Positions 18,913 through 28,172 of a stretch of 64,000 nt of DNA are shown here, piece after piece (within the stretch, counting starts at the first letter, position 1; each line of letters starts with the position of its first letter). Source of the stretch: Myxococcales bacterium (lineage in GTDB: Bacteria; Myxococcota_A; Polyangia; Polyangiales; Polyangiaceae); contig JACPVJ010000021.1 of the NCBI GenBank assembly GCA_016191785.1, forward strand, positions 1 through 64,000. The letters are read 5' to 3'. Under the pieces are notes generated by a model that did not search any database, was not told the DNA's origin, and worked only from the letters and a program-made list of their open reading frames with translations. The position numbers were made by a program, and so were the translations under genes.

Positions 18913-19535
18913 GTCGCCCGGTGCTGCTCGTGATCGCCGGGCCGAACGGCGCGGGAAAGACGACGGTCACGGCGCGTCTGCGCGACGACGACTGGAGCCA
19001 CGGCGTCGAGTACTTGAACCCCGACGATGTCGCTCAAGCGCGGTTCGGTGACTGGAACTCCCCCCGGGCCACCCTCGAGGCAGCCGAGTGGACGACCGCG
19101 CGGCGGGAAGAGCTCCTGGAACAGCTCGCTGGCATCGCGTTCGAGACGGTGTTCTCGACACCCGAGAAGGTCGATTTCTTGCGGCGCGCGAAGTCCCAAG
19201 GCTACTTCGCGCGCGTGTTCTTCATCGGCACCGAGGACCCACGCATCAACGCCGCGCGCGTCGCGGGCCGAGTGATGCAGGGTGGTCACAGCGTCCCGAT
19301 CGAGAAGATCATCAGTCGCTACGGGAAGTCGATGGCGAACCTCTCAGCGGCGATCCGGCTGGCCGATCGCGTGTACATCTACGACAACTCCGTCGACGGC
19401 GTCGACGCGCGGCTGTGCGCGCGCACGGAGGACGGTCAGCTGCGAAAGGTCTACGGGCCGCTGCCGCCGTGGGTCGAGGACGCCGTCCGCAGTCTGGAGC
19501 ACCACGCGGCGTTCGTCGATCTCAGGGCTGCGTGA
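18909..19535 (+). CDS. Zeta-toxin-family P-loop kinase (UNAG kinase-like), 208 aa
   Basis: Walker A GPNGAGKTT near the N-terminus; size and motif layout of zeta toxin/AAA_33; translationally coupled to the upstream small ORF. Confidence 0.65.
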   Translation: MSRPVLLVIAGPNGAGKTTVTARLRDDDWSHGVEYLNPDDVAQARFGDWNSPRATLEAAEWTTARREELLEQLAGIAFETVFSTPEKVDFLRRAKSQGYFARVFFIGTEDPRINAARVAGRVMQGGHSVPIEKIISRYGKSMANLSAAIRLADRVYIYDNSVDGVDARLCARTEDGQLRKVYGPLPPWVEDAVRSLEHHAAFVDLRAA

Positions 19536-19957
19536 ACGCGGTGGGTCACAAAGAGGGAAATCCCTGAGCACCCCGCGCCGAGGAGCCGGGCAGGAAATCA
19601 TTGCGATCGCATGACTCTCCGGCGGAGCGATCCCTCCTCAGGCTCGACTCCACGCGATCGCCGGGCTCTGCCGCGTGAGGGCGGCAGCAGGTCGTAGACC
19701 ACCACTGCGCGAACGGTGGGTACGCGCCGCCCGGAGGAGGTCGGACCCTTGCAATTGTGGAGTACACATCCAGAAATGCAAGGTCGCTGGCGACAGAGCA
19801 GGGCCTTCACGGCGTGGATGCATACAGATCGTGAGCGATGAGCTATCGGCCGGTCGGTTCGGGTTCCACGCCGAGCGCCCGAACTTCGCGGTGTTGCGCC
19901 GCGGGGCTCCGGTCGACCGAAACGAGGAGCTGCTCGGTCGCCTCCGCCGCTAGCCTC

Positions 19958-20002
19958 CCCAGACAAACACGAACCCCCCGCCTCTCTCGAGACGAGGGGT
20001 TC
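19958..20002 (-). terminator. Rho-independent-type terminator downstream of ftsZ: gaaccccccgcctctctcgagacgaggggttc hairpin followed (minus sense) by GTGTTTGTCT
   Basis: Perfect 7-bp GC stem plus inner palindrome, 44 nt after the ftsZ stop, in a convergent gene gap. Confidence 0.5.
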
Positions 20003-20045
20003 GACAGACCCGAAACGGAGGAACCGAAACGAACGTGACGGTGGC

Positions 20046-21359
20046 TCAGCCGCCGTTGCGACGCTGGAACGTCGGCGTGTCCCAGTCGGCGTCGGCATCG
20101 AGCGAGGCAGGGAAGTTGATGCGCGAGCGGACCTCGGGCATCGCGCTCGAGCTCGGCGAGCTGCCGGCCTGCAGGCTCGCGGCCAGCGCCGCCGGGCGGC
20201 GGGTCGAGAGCGCCGGCACCAGATCGGGGTTCATCACCGGGCGCGAGGTCGAGTGAGCCGCGCGGGACGCCGGCGGGACGCCGAAGCCCTCGCGAAGCGC
20301 GTCGCGCACCGAGTCGCGGCGGCTCGGCGTGGTGGCGACCACCCGGGCGGGGGCCGCGATCTCGACCGGGATGTCCACGTCGGCTCGATCGAAGCCGGTG
20401 GCGATGACCGTGACCTTGATGGCCTCGCCCATGCTCTCGTCGATGCTGGCGCCGAAGATGATGTTCGCGTCCTCGTGGGCCTGCTCTTGAATCAGGCTGG
20501 CCGCCTCCTGGATCTCCTTCATCTTCATGTCCGAGCCGCCGACGATGTTGATCAGCACGCCGGTGGCGCCCTCGACGCTGATGTTGTCGAGCAGCGGCGA
20601 GGTGATGGCGTGCTCGGCGGCCAGGCGCGCGCGGCCCTCGCCCTTGGCGCAGCCGGTGCCCATCAGCGCGCGGCCCATGTTGTTCATCACCGTGCGCACG
20701 TCGGCGAAGTCGACGTTCACGATGCCGTCCTGGGTGATCAGATCGCTGATCCCCTTGACCGCCTGGAACAACACCTCGTCGGCCTTGCGGAAGGCGTCGA
20801 CGAAGGTCAGCTCTTCGTCGGCCAAGGTCATCAGCTTCTCGTTGGGGATGGTGATCAACGTGTCGACGTGATCGTTCAACGCGGCGATGCCGGACTCGGC
20901 CTGGCGCGCGCGCTTCTTGCCCTCGAAGACGAAGGGCTTGGTCACCACGCCCACCGTCAGCGCGCCCAGCTCCCGGGCGATCTGCGCGATGATCGGCGCG
21001 GCGCCGGTGCCCGTGCCGCCGCCCATGCCGGCGGTGATGAACACCATGTCGGCGCCCTCGAGCACCTCTTTGATGCGGTTGACGTCCTCGAGCGCCGCCT
21101 TGCGGCCGCGCTCGGGGTCGGCGCCGGCGCCCAGACCGCGCGTCAGGTTCGCGCCGATCGAAATCTTGTTGGCGGCGGCGTTGGAGCCCAGAGCTTGGGC
21201 GTCGGTGTTCACACTGATGAACTCCACCCCCTCGAGGCCGAAGTGGATCATCGTGTTGACTGCGTTGCCGCCCGAGCCGCCCACCCCGATCACCTTGATA
21301 CGGGCCTGGTACGCTTGGGTCTCGTCGGCAAACTCGATCGAGAACGTCATCTTCCTCAT
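20046..21359 (-). CDS. ftsZ: Cell division GTPase FtsZ
   Basis: Tubulin signature GVGGSGGNAV; T7 loop; unmistakable. Confidence 0.97.
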   Translation of the reverse strand: MRKMTFSIEFADETQAYQARIKVIGVGGSGGNAVNTMIHFGLEGVEFISVNTDAQALGSNAAANKISIGANLTRGLGAGADPERGRKAALEDVNRIKEVLEGADMVFITAGMGGGTGTGAAPIIAQIARELGALTVGVVTKPFVFEGKKRARQAESGIAALNDHVDTLITIPNEKLMTLADEELTFVDAFRKADEVLFQAVKGISDLITQDGIVNVDFADVRTVMNNMGRALMGTGCAKGEGRARLAAEHAITSPLLDNISVEGATGVLINIVGGSDMKMKEIQEAASLIQEQAHEDANIIFGASIDESMGEAIKVTVIATGFDRADVDIPVEIAAPARVVATTPSRRDSVRDALREGFGVPPASRAAHSTSRPVMNPDLVPALSTRRPAALAASLQAGSSPSSSAMPEVRSRINFPASLDADADWDTPTFQRRNGG

Positions 21360-21492
21360 CCTCCCGGCGCGGCCGTTGCCGCTATTCCCTTGTGACTCGA
21401 GCTCCGGGGCCTGCCTTCCCCTGGGTGGAGCCTTCGTCGTTCGCTGTTCGTCCGTTTCGTTTCGCTACTGACCGTCACTCTTCGGAAGCCGC

Positions 21493-22758
21493 TCAGAACG
21501 CCGCCCTGATCCAGCTCCAAAGTCCACTCTTCTGCTTGGGGGTCGCCTCGCTCGGGCCGACCGCCTGCTCGACCGACACGAGCCCGCCCCGCGGGCAGGC
21601 GTCGGCCAGCTGCTGCGCGCCGTAGCGCACGAGCCCCACGCCCGTGGCGTACTGCGGGCCCTGCACCAGCTGCACGATGCCCCGGACCCCGACCGGGAAG
21701 CCCAAACGCACGGGCATGCCCAGGATCTCTTCGGCGCACTCGACCATGCCCTCCATCAGCGCTGCGCCGCCGGTGAGCACGCAGCCGCTCGACACCTGCT
21801 CGAGCAGGCCGGTCTCTTCGATCCGGCGCCGCGCCTCGCTGAAGATCTCTTCGACGCGGGGCTCGATGATGTCGCTGAGCAGACGGCGGGCCGCGCGCCG
21901 CGGACCGTGACCGCCCACACCGGGCACCTCGATCTCTTCGTCGTCGTTGACCATGCGCCCGAGCGCGCAGCCGTAGTTGCGCTTCAACCGCTCGGCCTCG
22001 GCCATCGGCGTGCGCAGGCCCGCCGCCACGTCGCTGGTGATGTTGTTCCCACCGGCCGGGATCACCGACACGTGGGCCACGCCGCCGTCCGCGAACAGGA
22101 TCAGATCGGTGGTGCCGCCACCGATGTCGATGACCGCGACGCCGATCTCTTTCTCGTCCTCCGAGACCACCGCGTCGGCGCTGGCCAGGGGCTCGAGCAC
22201 CACGTCGGCGACCTGCAGGTTGCAGCGCTCGACACAGCGCACCACGTTCTGCACGCAGCTGGTGGCCGCGGTCACCAGGTTGCAGCGCACCTGCAGGCGC
22301 ACGCCGCTCATCCCGATCGGATCACGGATGCCGTCCTGGTTGTCGACCACGTATTCCCGGGGAAGCGCGTGCAAGATCATTCGATCGGCATCCACCGGGA
22401 TCGCCCGCGCGCCTTCGAGCACGCGCTCGAGGTCGCCGCGCGTCACCTCGCGACCGCTGATGGCGCACACGCCGTCGGACATGTGGCTGCGAATGTGCGA
22501 CCCGGCGATGCCGGCGTAGACCGTGCGGATCTCGACGCCCGCCATGGTCTGGGCGGCGTCGATCGCCTCGCGGATCGAACGCACCGTCCACTCGATGTTG
22601 CTGATCACGCCCTTGCGCAGGCCGCGGCACGGCACGTTGCCGACACCGAGGATGGTGATGCCGTCGGCGTCGACCTCGCCGACGACGGCGCTGACCTTGG
22701 TCGACCCGAGATCGAGTCCCACCACGATCTCGGGGGTGGACAGGGCGGCGTAGCTCAT
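21493..22758 (-). CDS. ftsA: Cell division protein FtsA
   Basis: Actin-like ATPase motifs (VVGLDLGSTKV; DIGGGTTD). Start MSYAAL with GAGGAG ribosome-binding site. Confidence 0.95.
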   Translation of the reverse strand: MSYAALSTPEIVVGLDLGSTKVSAVVGEVDADGITILGVGNVPCRGLRKGVISNIEWTVRSIREAIDAAQTMAGVEIRTVYAGIAGSHIRSHMSDGVCAISGREVTRGDLERVLEGARAIPVDADRMILHALPREYVVDNQDGIRDPIGMSGVRLQVRCNLVTAATSCVQNVVRCVERCNLQVADVVLEPLASADAVVSEDEKEIGVAVIDIGGGTTDLILFADGGVAHVSVIPAGGNNITSDVAAGLRTPMAEAERLKRNYGCALGRMVNDDEEIEVPGVGGHGPRRAARRLLSDIIEPRVEEIFSEARRRIEETGLLEQVSSGCVLTGGAALMEGMVECAEEILGMPVRLGFPVGVRGIVQLVQGPQYATGVGLVRYGAQQLADACPRGGLVSVEQAVGPSEATPKQKSGLWSWIRAAF

Positions 22759-22891
22759 CGTTCTCCTCACGCCTCCGACCGCGCCTTTTTCCAGGGCTTC
22801 GGAGCAGGGCCGACGCTGCCAGAGGCCCCCCCGCCGGGCCAACTTTTCACGAAGGATTCCGGCCCCATCCCAGGATCGAAAAGTTGCCCGC

Positions 22892-23806
22892 TCATCGCAG
22901 CCTCACCACCACCCGCTCGGGGTGGGCCACGTTGTCGGCGAACACGATGCCGGGCACCCGGCCCTTCCGCTCCATCTGGCCAATCACGCGCTCGGCCATG
23001 AGCAGCTTCTTGCGCCAGGGCCCCTTGCCGACGTGCACGGTGATGCCGGTCTTGCCGACCGTCAGGCTGACGTCGCCGCCGGGGGCCAAGTGCACCTCTT
23101 GCATCGGGTGCACCTGGCTCATCCCGATCCGCTCCCAGTGCCGCACGATCTCCAGGCCCAGGGCGATGCGCTCGACCGCACGAGCTCGGTCCCGGGCCAG
23201 GTCCTCGGCGGTCACTCCGCTCACGACCGGCAGGTCGAAGGGGTCGCCCTCTTCCACCGGCTTGAAGGGCTCGCCGCTCTTGGTGACCAGGTACAGGCGG
23301 TCACCGATGGACGCAAGCGCGCCCGCTTCGCGCTCTTCGAGCTCGATGCTGAGCGTGCTGGGCAGCGCCCGGGTGACCTTCACCTGCCGGACCCACGGAT
23401 CGGCGAGCAGCCGCTGCTCGACCTGGTTGGTGTCGACCGCGAACACGTTGTCACCGCGCTTGATACCGGCCACCTGCGCGATCTGGTCCTCGGTCTTGCG
23501 CTTTCCGCCCTTGACCTCGATCTGCCGCACCGCAAAGCGCGGCGACGTCAGCGCGTAGCGATGCGCGCCCCAGGCCACCAGCACCGACGCGCCCACCACC
23601 AAGAGCACGCCCAGCGCGAGCTTGGTCAGCGACCACGCCGTGCGGAAGAACCCGGGGCCCTCGGGCGGAGGCTCGCTCACCCCGCCCTGGGCCCGGCGCC
23701 CCCTCGCGTTCTTCGCAGCCACCGGGCCCGGCTTCGGGCTCTCGCTCTCGACGAACGCGCTCTCGTCCGGTGCCGACACCGCGGCCCCATGCTTCTTCGC
23801 GCTCAC
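22892..23806 (-). CDS. ftsQ: Cell division protein FtsQ/DivIB (POTRA) with charged N-terminal extension
   Basis: Single TM then POTRA-like region; position between murC and ftsA; start overlaps the murC stop. Confidence 0.85.
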   Translation of the reverse strand: MSAKKHGAAVSAPDESAFVESESPKPGPVAAKNARGRRAQGGVSEPPPEGPGFFRTAWSLTKLALGVLLVVGASVLVAWGAHRYALTSPRFAVRQIEVKGGKRKTEDQIAQVAGIKRGDNVFAVDTNQVEQRLLADPWVRQVKVTRALPSTLSIELEEREAGALASIGDRLYLVTKSGEPFKPVEEGDPFDLPVVSGVTAEDLARDRARAVERIALGLEIVRHWERIGMSQVHPMQEVHLAPGGDVSLTVGKTGITVHVGKGPWRKKLLMAERVIGQMERKGRVPGIVFADNVAHPERVVVRLR

Positions 23807-25200
23807 GCCTGGCTCCCTTCGCCGAACCGCGCGCGAAGCCCATCGGCCACGAGCGGCAAGATCTTGTTGATGTCACCCGCGCCGAGAGCGATGACCACGT
23901 CTCCGGGCTGCGCCTCTTGGATCAGGGCGTCCGCGATGGCGCGCTTGTCGCCCAGGTGCCGGACCGAGTGATGCCCGTGCTCGGCAATCGCCTCGACCAG
24001 CGCCTCGGCGCTGATACCCGCGATGGGCTTCTCGCCCGCCGCGTAGATGTCCGCGATGATCACCGAGTCGGCGACGTTGAACGCCCGCGTGAACTCGTCG
24101 AACGAGTGCTGAGTTCGGCTGTAGCGGTGGGGCTGGAAGGCCACCAGCACGCGCTGATCGAAGACCTTGCGGGCGGCCTCGAGGGTGGCCATCACCTCTG
24201 CCGGGTGGTGCCCATAGTCGTCCACCAGCGTCACGCCGCCGATCTCGTGGGTGACGGTGAAACGCCGCGCCACGCCGTGGAACCCGGCGAGCGCGCTCTT
24301 CATCACGTCCAGCGGCACCTCGAGCTCGTCGGCCACGGCGATGGTGGCCAGGGTGTTGAGCACGTTGTGCTGCCCCGGCATCCGCACCGAGAACTCGCCG
24401 AGCGGCTGCCCCTTGCGGCTCACGATGAAGCTGGTGGTCAGCCCCGAGTGCCGGACGCCGCGCGCACAGTAGTCAGCCTGCGGTGAGAGCCCGTAGGTCA
24501 CGTGCCGGTGGCGGATGCGCGGTAAGATGTCCTGCACGTGCGGGTGATCGAGGCACAGCACGCTGAGGCCGTAGAACGGCACGCGCTCGGCAAACTCGAC
24601 GAACGCGGTCTTCACGCGCTCGTGGGTGCCGTAGAAGTCCAGGTGCTCGGCGTCGATGTTGGTGATCACGGCGATGGTCGGGGTGAGGCGCAGGAACGAG
24701 CCGTCGCTCTCGTCGGCCTCGGCCACCAAGAGGTCCCCTGCCCCGAGCCGCGCGTTCGAGCCGAGCGCCGCCATGCGCCCGCCGACCACCACCGTCGGAT
24801 CGAAGCCCGCGTCGCGGAGCACCGTCGCCACCAGCGAGGTGGTGGTGGTCTTGCCGTGGCTGCCGGCGATGGCGACGCCGTACTTCAGCCGCATCAGCTC
24901 GGCCAGCATCTCGGCGCGAGCAATGATCGGGATCCCCAGCCGGGTGGCCTCGCGCATCTCGGCGTTGTCGGCGTTGATCGCGCTCGAGAACACCACCACG
25001 TCCGCCCCGCGCACGTTCTCGGTGCGGTGTCCGACGTCGATCCGAACACCCAGGCGCTTGAGCCGGTTGGTGTTCTCGCCCTCTTTCATGTCCGACCCCG
25101 ACACGTCGAACTCGAGGGTGCGAAGGATCTCGGCGAGGCCGGACATTCCGATGCCGCCCACGCCGATGAAGTGCACGTGCCGGACGCGGCCCCTAAACAT
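23803..25200 (-). CDS. murC: UDP-N-acetylmuramate-L-alanine ligase MurC
   Basis: HFIGVGGIGMSGLA N-terminus; Mur ligase motifs; ATG at 25200 with GGAGG ribosome-binding site. Confidence 0.95.
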   Translation of the reverse strand: MFRGRVRHVHFIGVGGIGMSGLAEILRTLEFDVSGSDMKEGENTNRLKRLGVRIDVGHRTENVRGADVVVFSSAINADNAEMREATRLGIPIIARAEMLAELMRLKYGVAIAGSHGKTTTTSLVATVLRDAGFDPTVVVGGRMAALGSNARLGAGDLLVAEADESDGSFLRLTPTIAVITNIDAEHLDFYGTHERVKTAFVEFAERVPFYGLSVLCLDHPHVQDILPRIRHRHVTYGLSPQADYCARGVRHSGLTTSFIVSRKGQPLGEFSVRMPGQHNVLNTLATIAVADELEVPLDVMKSALAGFHGVARRFTVTHEIGGVTLVDDYGHHPAEVMATLEAARKVFDQRVLVAFQPHRYSRTQHSFDEFTRAFNVADSVIIADIYAAGEKPIAGISAEALVEAIAEHGHHSVRHLGDKRAIADALIQEAQPGDVVIALGAGDINKILPLVADGLRARFGEGSQA

Positions 25201-25403
25201 GGTGGCCTCCGGGGGCGGAGGGGCTGCTCAGGTGGACTTTGAGGTCCCGGCGGGCCGCCCTTGGATTTTTTGTTTTGCGGGGGGGCTCGCACGAGGTCGC
25301 TCGACACTCGCGAGCTGAAAGATGCCATGCGCCCGCTCCGCCGGGTGCCTCGTGGGTCGTCGCTGCTCGGGGCGATCGTGATCTGATCATGGCAGGGACC
25401 CAT

Positions 25404-25710
25404 GAGGTCGTTCCAGTCTCCTGGCCGCTTGCGGCCAGTCGACCAGAGAGAGACGGAGACAGGGACGGAGACGGGGACGGAGCGTGCTCGCCACCCGCCG
25501 AGGTCGGTCCAGTCTCCTGGCCGCTTGCGGCCAGTCGACCAGAGAGAGACGGAGACAGGGACGGAGACGGAGACGGGGACGGAGCGTGCTCGCCACCCGC
25601 CGAGGTCGTTCCAGTCTCCTGGCCGCTTGCGGCCAGTCGACCAGAGAGAGACGGAGACGGAGACGGGGACAGAGACAGAGACGGAGACAGAGACGGAGAC
25701 GGCGAGGGCC
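25404..25710. repeat. Intergenic tandem repeat between murG and murC: 3 units (97, 102 and about 100 bp). Each has an 18-bp palindrome ctggccgcttgcggccag and a (GACGGR/GACAGR)n hexanucleotide tract
   Basis: Units start at 25404, 25500 and 25602; palindromes at 25421-25438, 25517-25534, 25619-25636. Hexamer tract length differs between units. Confidence 0.9.
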
Positions 25711-25752
25711 GGAGCGAGAGACCTGCGGCCAGGCGACGGGGCGTGATTGTGC

Positions 25753-26916
25753 TCATCCGGCTACCTCCGCGAGCTTGGCCCCGGTGTCGGGCACTGCCGG
25801 GTTCCGCGCCGGCGACGGCGCCGGTGCGGTCGCGGCCTCGAGCCCCGCCAGGCGGAGAAGGTCCCGCGCGATGGTGGTCGCGGCCTGGGGCTTGCCCCAC
25901 GCTGCTGCCGCCTGCGCCATCCTCTCGAGCAACCCCGGCTCGGTCGCCAGGCGCTCGACCTCGGCCGCGATGGCTTCGACGGTGGCGTCGGTGGCTGCGA
26001 TCGAGACCGCCGCGCCGGCGCGGGCCAGCGTCTCGGCGTTGTGCCGCTGGTGATCCCCCGCCGCGTACGGATACGGCACGAACAGCGCCGGCCGACCCAC
26101 CGCAGCGATCTCGCTGACCGCGCTCGCGCCTGATCGGCTGATCACCAGCTGGGTCGCGCCGAGGGCCGCCGGCACGTCCTCGATGAACGGCACGACCTGC
26201 CAGTCGAAACGTGGCGCGAGCTTCGCGTAGGTCGCGCGCACCAGGTCCGCGTGCGCCGCACCGCACTGATGCGTGACACGCAACTTCGACCCCACCCGGG
26301 CAAGCGCGCTCGGGACCGTCTCGTTGAGCGACTTCGCGCCCTGGCTGCCGCCGAGGATCAACACCTCGAGGGCGTCGCCCGCGCGCCGGTACGGCCGCGG
26401 CTCGAAGCCGCCGCGGATCGGCACGCCGGTGGTCAGCGCCGTGCCCCGCGCGAAGTGCTCGGCCGCCTGGGGGAAGGCGACGTACGCGCGCTGCACCAGC
26501 GGCACCGTCAGGCGGTTGGCGAGGCCCATCACGCTGTTCGGCTCGATCAGGGCCAGTGGGATGCGCCTGAGGCGGGCCGCGAGCGAGATCGGACCCGCCG
26601 CGTAGCCGCCGATGCTGAGCACCGCGCGCGGCGCGTACTTGCCCAAGAGCGCCCGCGACTCGGGAATGCTCATCATCGCGCGCCACACCCCGCGCACTGC
26701 GCCGCCCAGGCCGCCCCCGCGGATCGGAGACACCTTCACGAGCTCGAGGGCGTAGCCGCGCTCGGGCACGAGCTTCACCTCCATGCCGCGCTCGGTGCCG
26801 ACGAACACCAGGTTCACGTCCGACGCCAGCGCCGAGAGCGCGTCCGCCACGGCGATCAGCGGAAACACGTGGCCACCCGTCCCGCCCCCCGCGAGCAGCA
26901 CCGTCGGGCGGCTCAC
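25753..26916 (-). CDS. murG: UDP-N-acetylglucosamine-N-acetylmuramyl-(pentapeptide) pyrophosphoryl-undecaprenol GlcNAc transferase MurG
   Basis: GGTGGHVFP motif; GTG start overlapping the ftsW stop (GTGA). Confidence 0.93.
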   Translation of the reverse strand: MSRPTVLLAGGGTGGHVFPLIAVADALSALASDVNLVFVGTERGMEVKLVPERGYALELVKVSPIRGGGLGGAVRGVWRAMMSIPESRALLGKYAPRAVLSIGGYAAGPISLAARLRRIPLALIEPNSVMGLANRLTVPLVQRAYVAFPQAAEHFARGTALTTGVPIRGGFEPRPYRRAGDALEVLILGGSQGAKSLNETVPSALARVGSKLRVTHQCGAAHADLVRATYAKLAPRFDWQVVPFIEDVPAALGATQLVISRSGASAVSEIAAVGRPALFVPYPYAAGDHQRHNAETLARAGAAVSIAATDATVEAIAAEVERLATEPGLLERMAQAAAAWGKPQAATTIARDLLRLAGLEAATAPAPSPARNPAVPDTGAKLAEVAG

Positions 26917-28172
26917 GACATCACCTCGGCCGGCTTGCCGGCGCGGCTGCGCCGCGGCTCGCCGGCTTCTTCGGCGAAGCCCGCCTCGCTCACCAGCATC
27001 GCGCTCGCCTCGGGCTTCGGCCCGCCCGGCTCCGCAACGCGCTGGTTGACCGAGCCGTCTCGCGGCCGACTGACGTTGAGCAAGATGCCCATGGCGGCCG
27101 CGCTCACCAAGAGCGACGACCCGCCGTAGCTCACGAAGGGAAGCGTCAGCCCCTTGGTGGGGAGCACCGCCATGGCCACGGCAAGGTTCGCCACCGCCTG
27201 GATGCCGAACAGCATCGAGATCCCGAAGGCGATGTACGAGCCGTAGTCGTCCTGGGCCAAGAGCGCCGCGCGCACGCCGCGCACCACGATGAACAGGTAG
27301 GTCGCCGCCAGACCCAAGACACCGATGAAGCCCAGCTCTTCGCCGATGATGGCCGAGATGAAGTCGGTGTGCGCCTCGGGCAGGTACAACACCTGCAGGC
27401 CCTTGCCGAGGCCAAGGCCACCGACCTGACCCGAGCCGAAGCTCATCACCGACTGGAACGGCTGATAGGCCAAGTCTTGCCGGTGCTCGCTCATGTTGAA
27501 CCAGGCCAGCATGCGGTCCCACCGGTAGCTGGTGAAGCGCACCAGCCAGGCGGCGGCGAGCCCGCCGATCATCGCGACGCCCAAGAGGTAGCCGACGCGC
27601 GCACCCGCCACGAAGAGCAAGGTGAACGTCAGGAACAAGAGCACGACCGCGCCGCCGAAGTCGGGCTGCTTCAGGCAGAGCAGCATCAGCGCGCCCGCCA
27701 TCAGCAGGTGCGGGAGCATGCCGACGGAGAAGGTCTTCATCTGCTCGCGCTTCTTCTCGAGGGAGTACGCGAGCCAGAGGATCAGCGCGAGCTTCGCCGC
27801 CTCGGACGGTTGCACGTGGATCGGGCCCAGCCTGAGCCAGCGCGTCGCGCCGCCACCGGTGTGACCCAGGCCAATCACGGCCAGCACCAGGAGCACGAAC
27901 ACGCTGCCCAGCACCGGATAGGTGAGCGGGCGTAGCCGGCGGTAGTCGATCTGCGACGTCACCCAGATCACCACCAGCGCGGCGCCGGCGAACATCCCTT
28001 GCCGCTTGAGGAAGTACTGCGAGTCGCGGAACACCACCGTCGCTTCGATGACGCTGGCGCTGTAGACCATCACCACGCCGAACCCGATCAGCGCGACCAC
28101 GATGGCCGCCAGCACCGGATCCACCGGGCCGGTGCGCTGCGCCGGGGACAGCCATTTCCTCAGCAGGTTCAT
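26913..28172 (-). CDS. ftsW: Peptidoglycan glycosyltransferase/lipid II flippase-family protein FtsW
   Basis: SEDS-family multi-TM protein; dcw position. Confidence 0.93.
   Translation of the reverse strand: MNLLRKWLSPAQRTGPVDPVLAAIVVALIGFGVVMVYSASVIEATVVFRDSQYFLKRQGMFAGAALVVIWVTSQIDYRRLRPLTYPVLGSVFVLLVLAVIGLGHTGGGATRWLRLGPIHVQPSEAAKLALILWLAYSLEKKREQMKTFSVGMLPHLLMAGALMLLCLKQPDFGGAVVLLFLTFTLLFVAGARVGYLLGVAMIGGLAAAWLVRFTSYRWDRMLAWFNMSEHRQDLAYQPFQSVMSFGSGQVGGLGLGKGLQVLYLPEAHTDFISAIIGEELGFIGVLGLAATYLFIVVRGVRAALLAQDDYGSYIAFGISMLFGIQAVANLAVAMAVLPTKGLTLPFVSYGGSSLLVSAAAMGILLNVSRPRDGSVNQRVAEPGGPKPEASAMLVSEAGFAEEAGEPRRSRAGKPAEVMS

Noticed and set aside
25193-26686. 497-aa ORF encoding (SPSL)n repeats
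   Set aside because: Reads through the intergenic tandem repeat and then out of frame across murG. The SPSL repeats are just the translation of the (GACGGA)n tract; murG and murC are the real genes.
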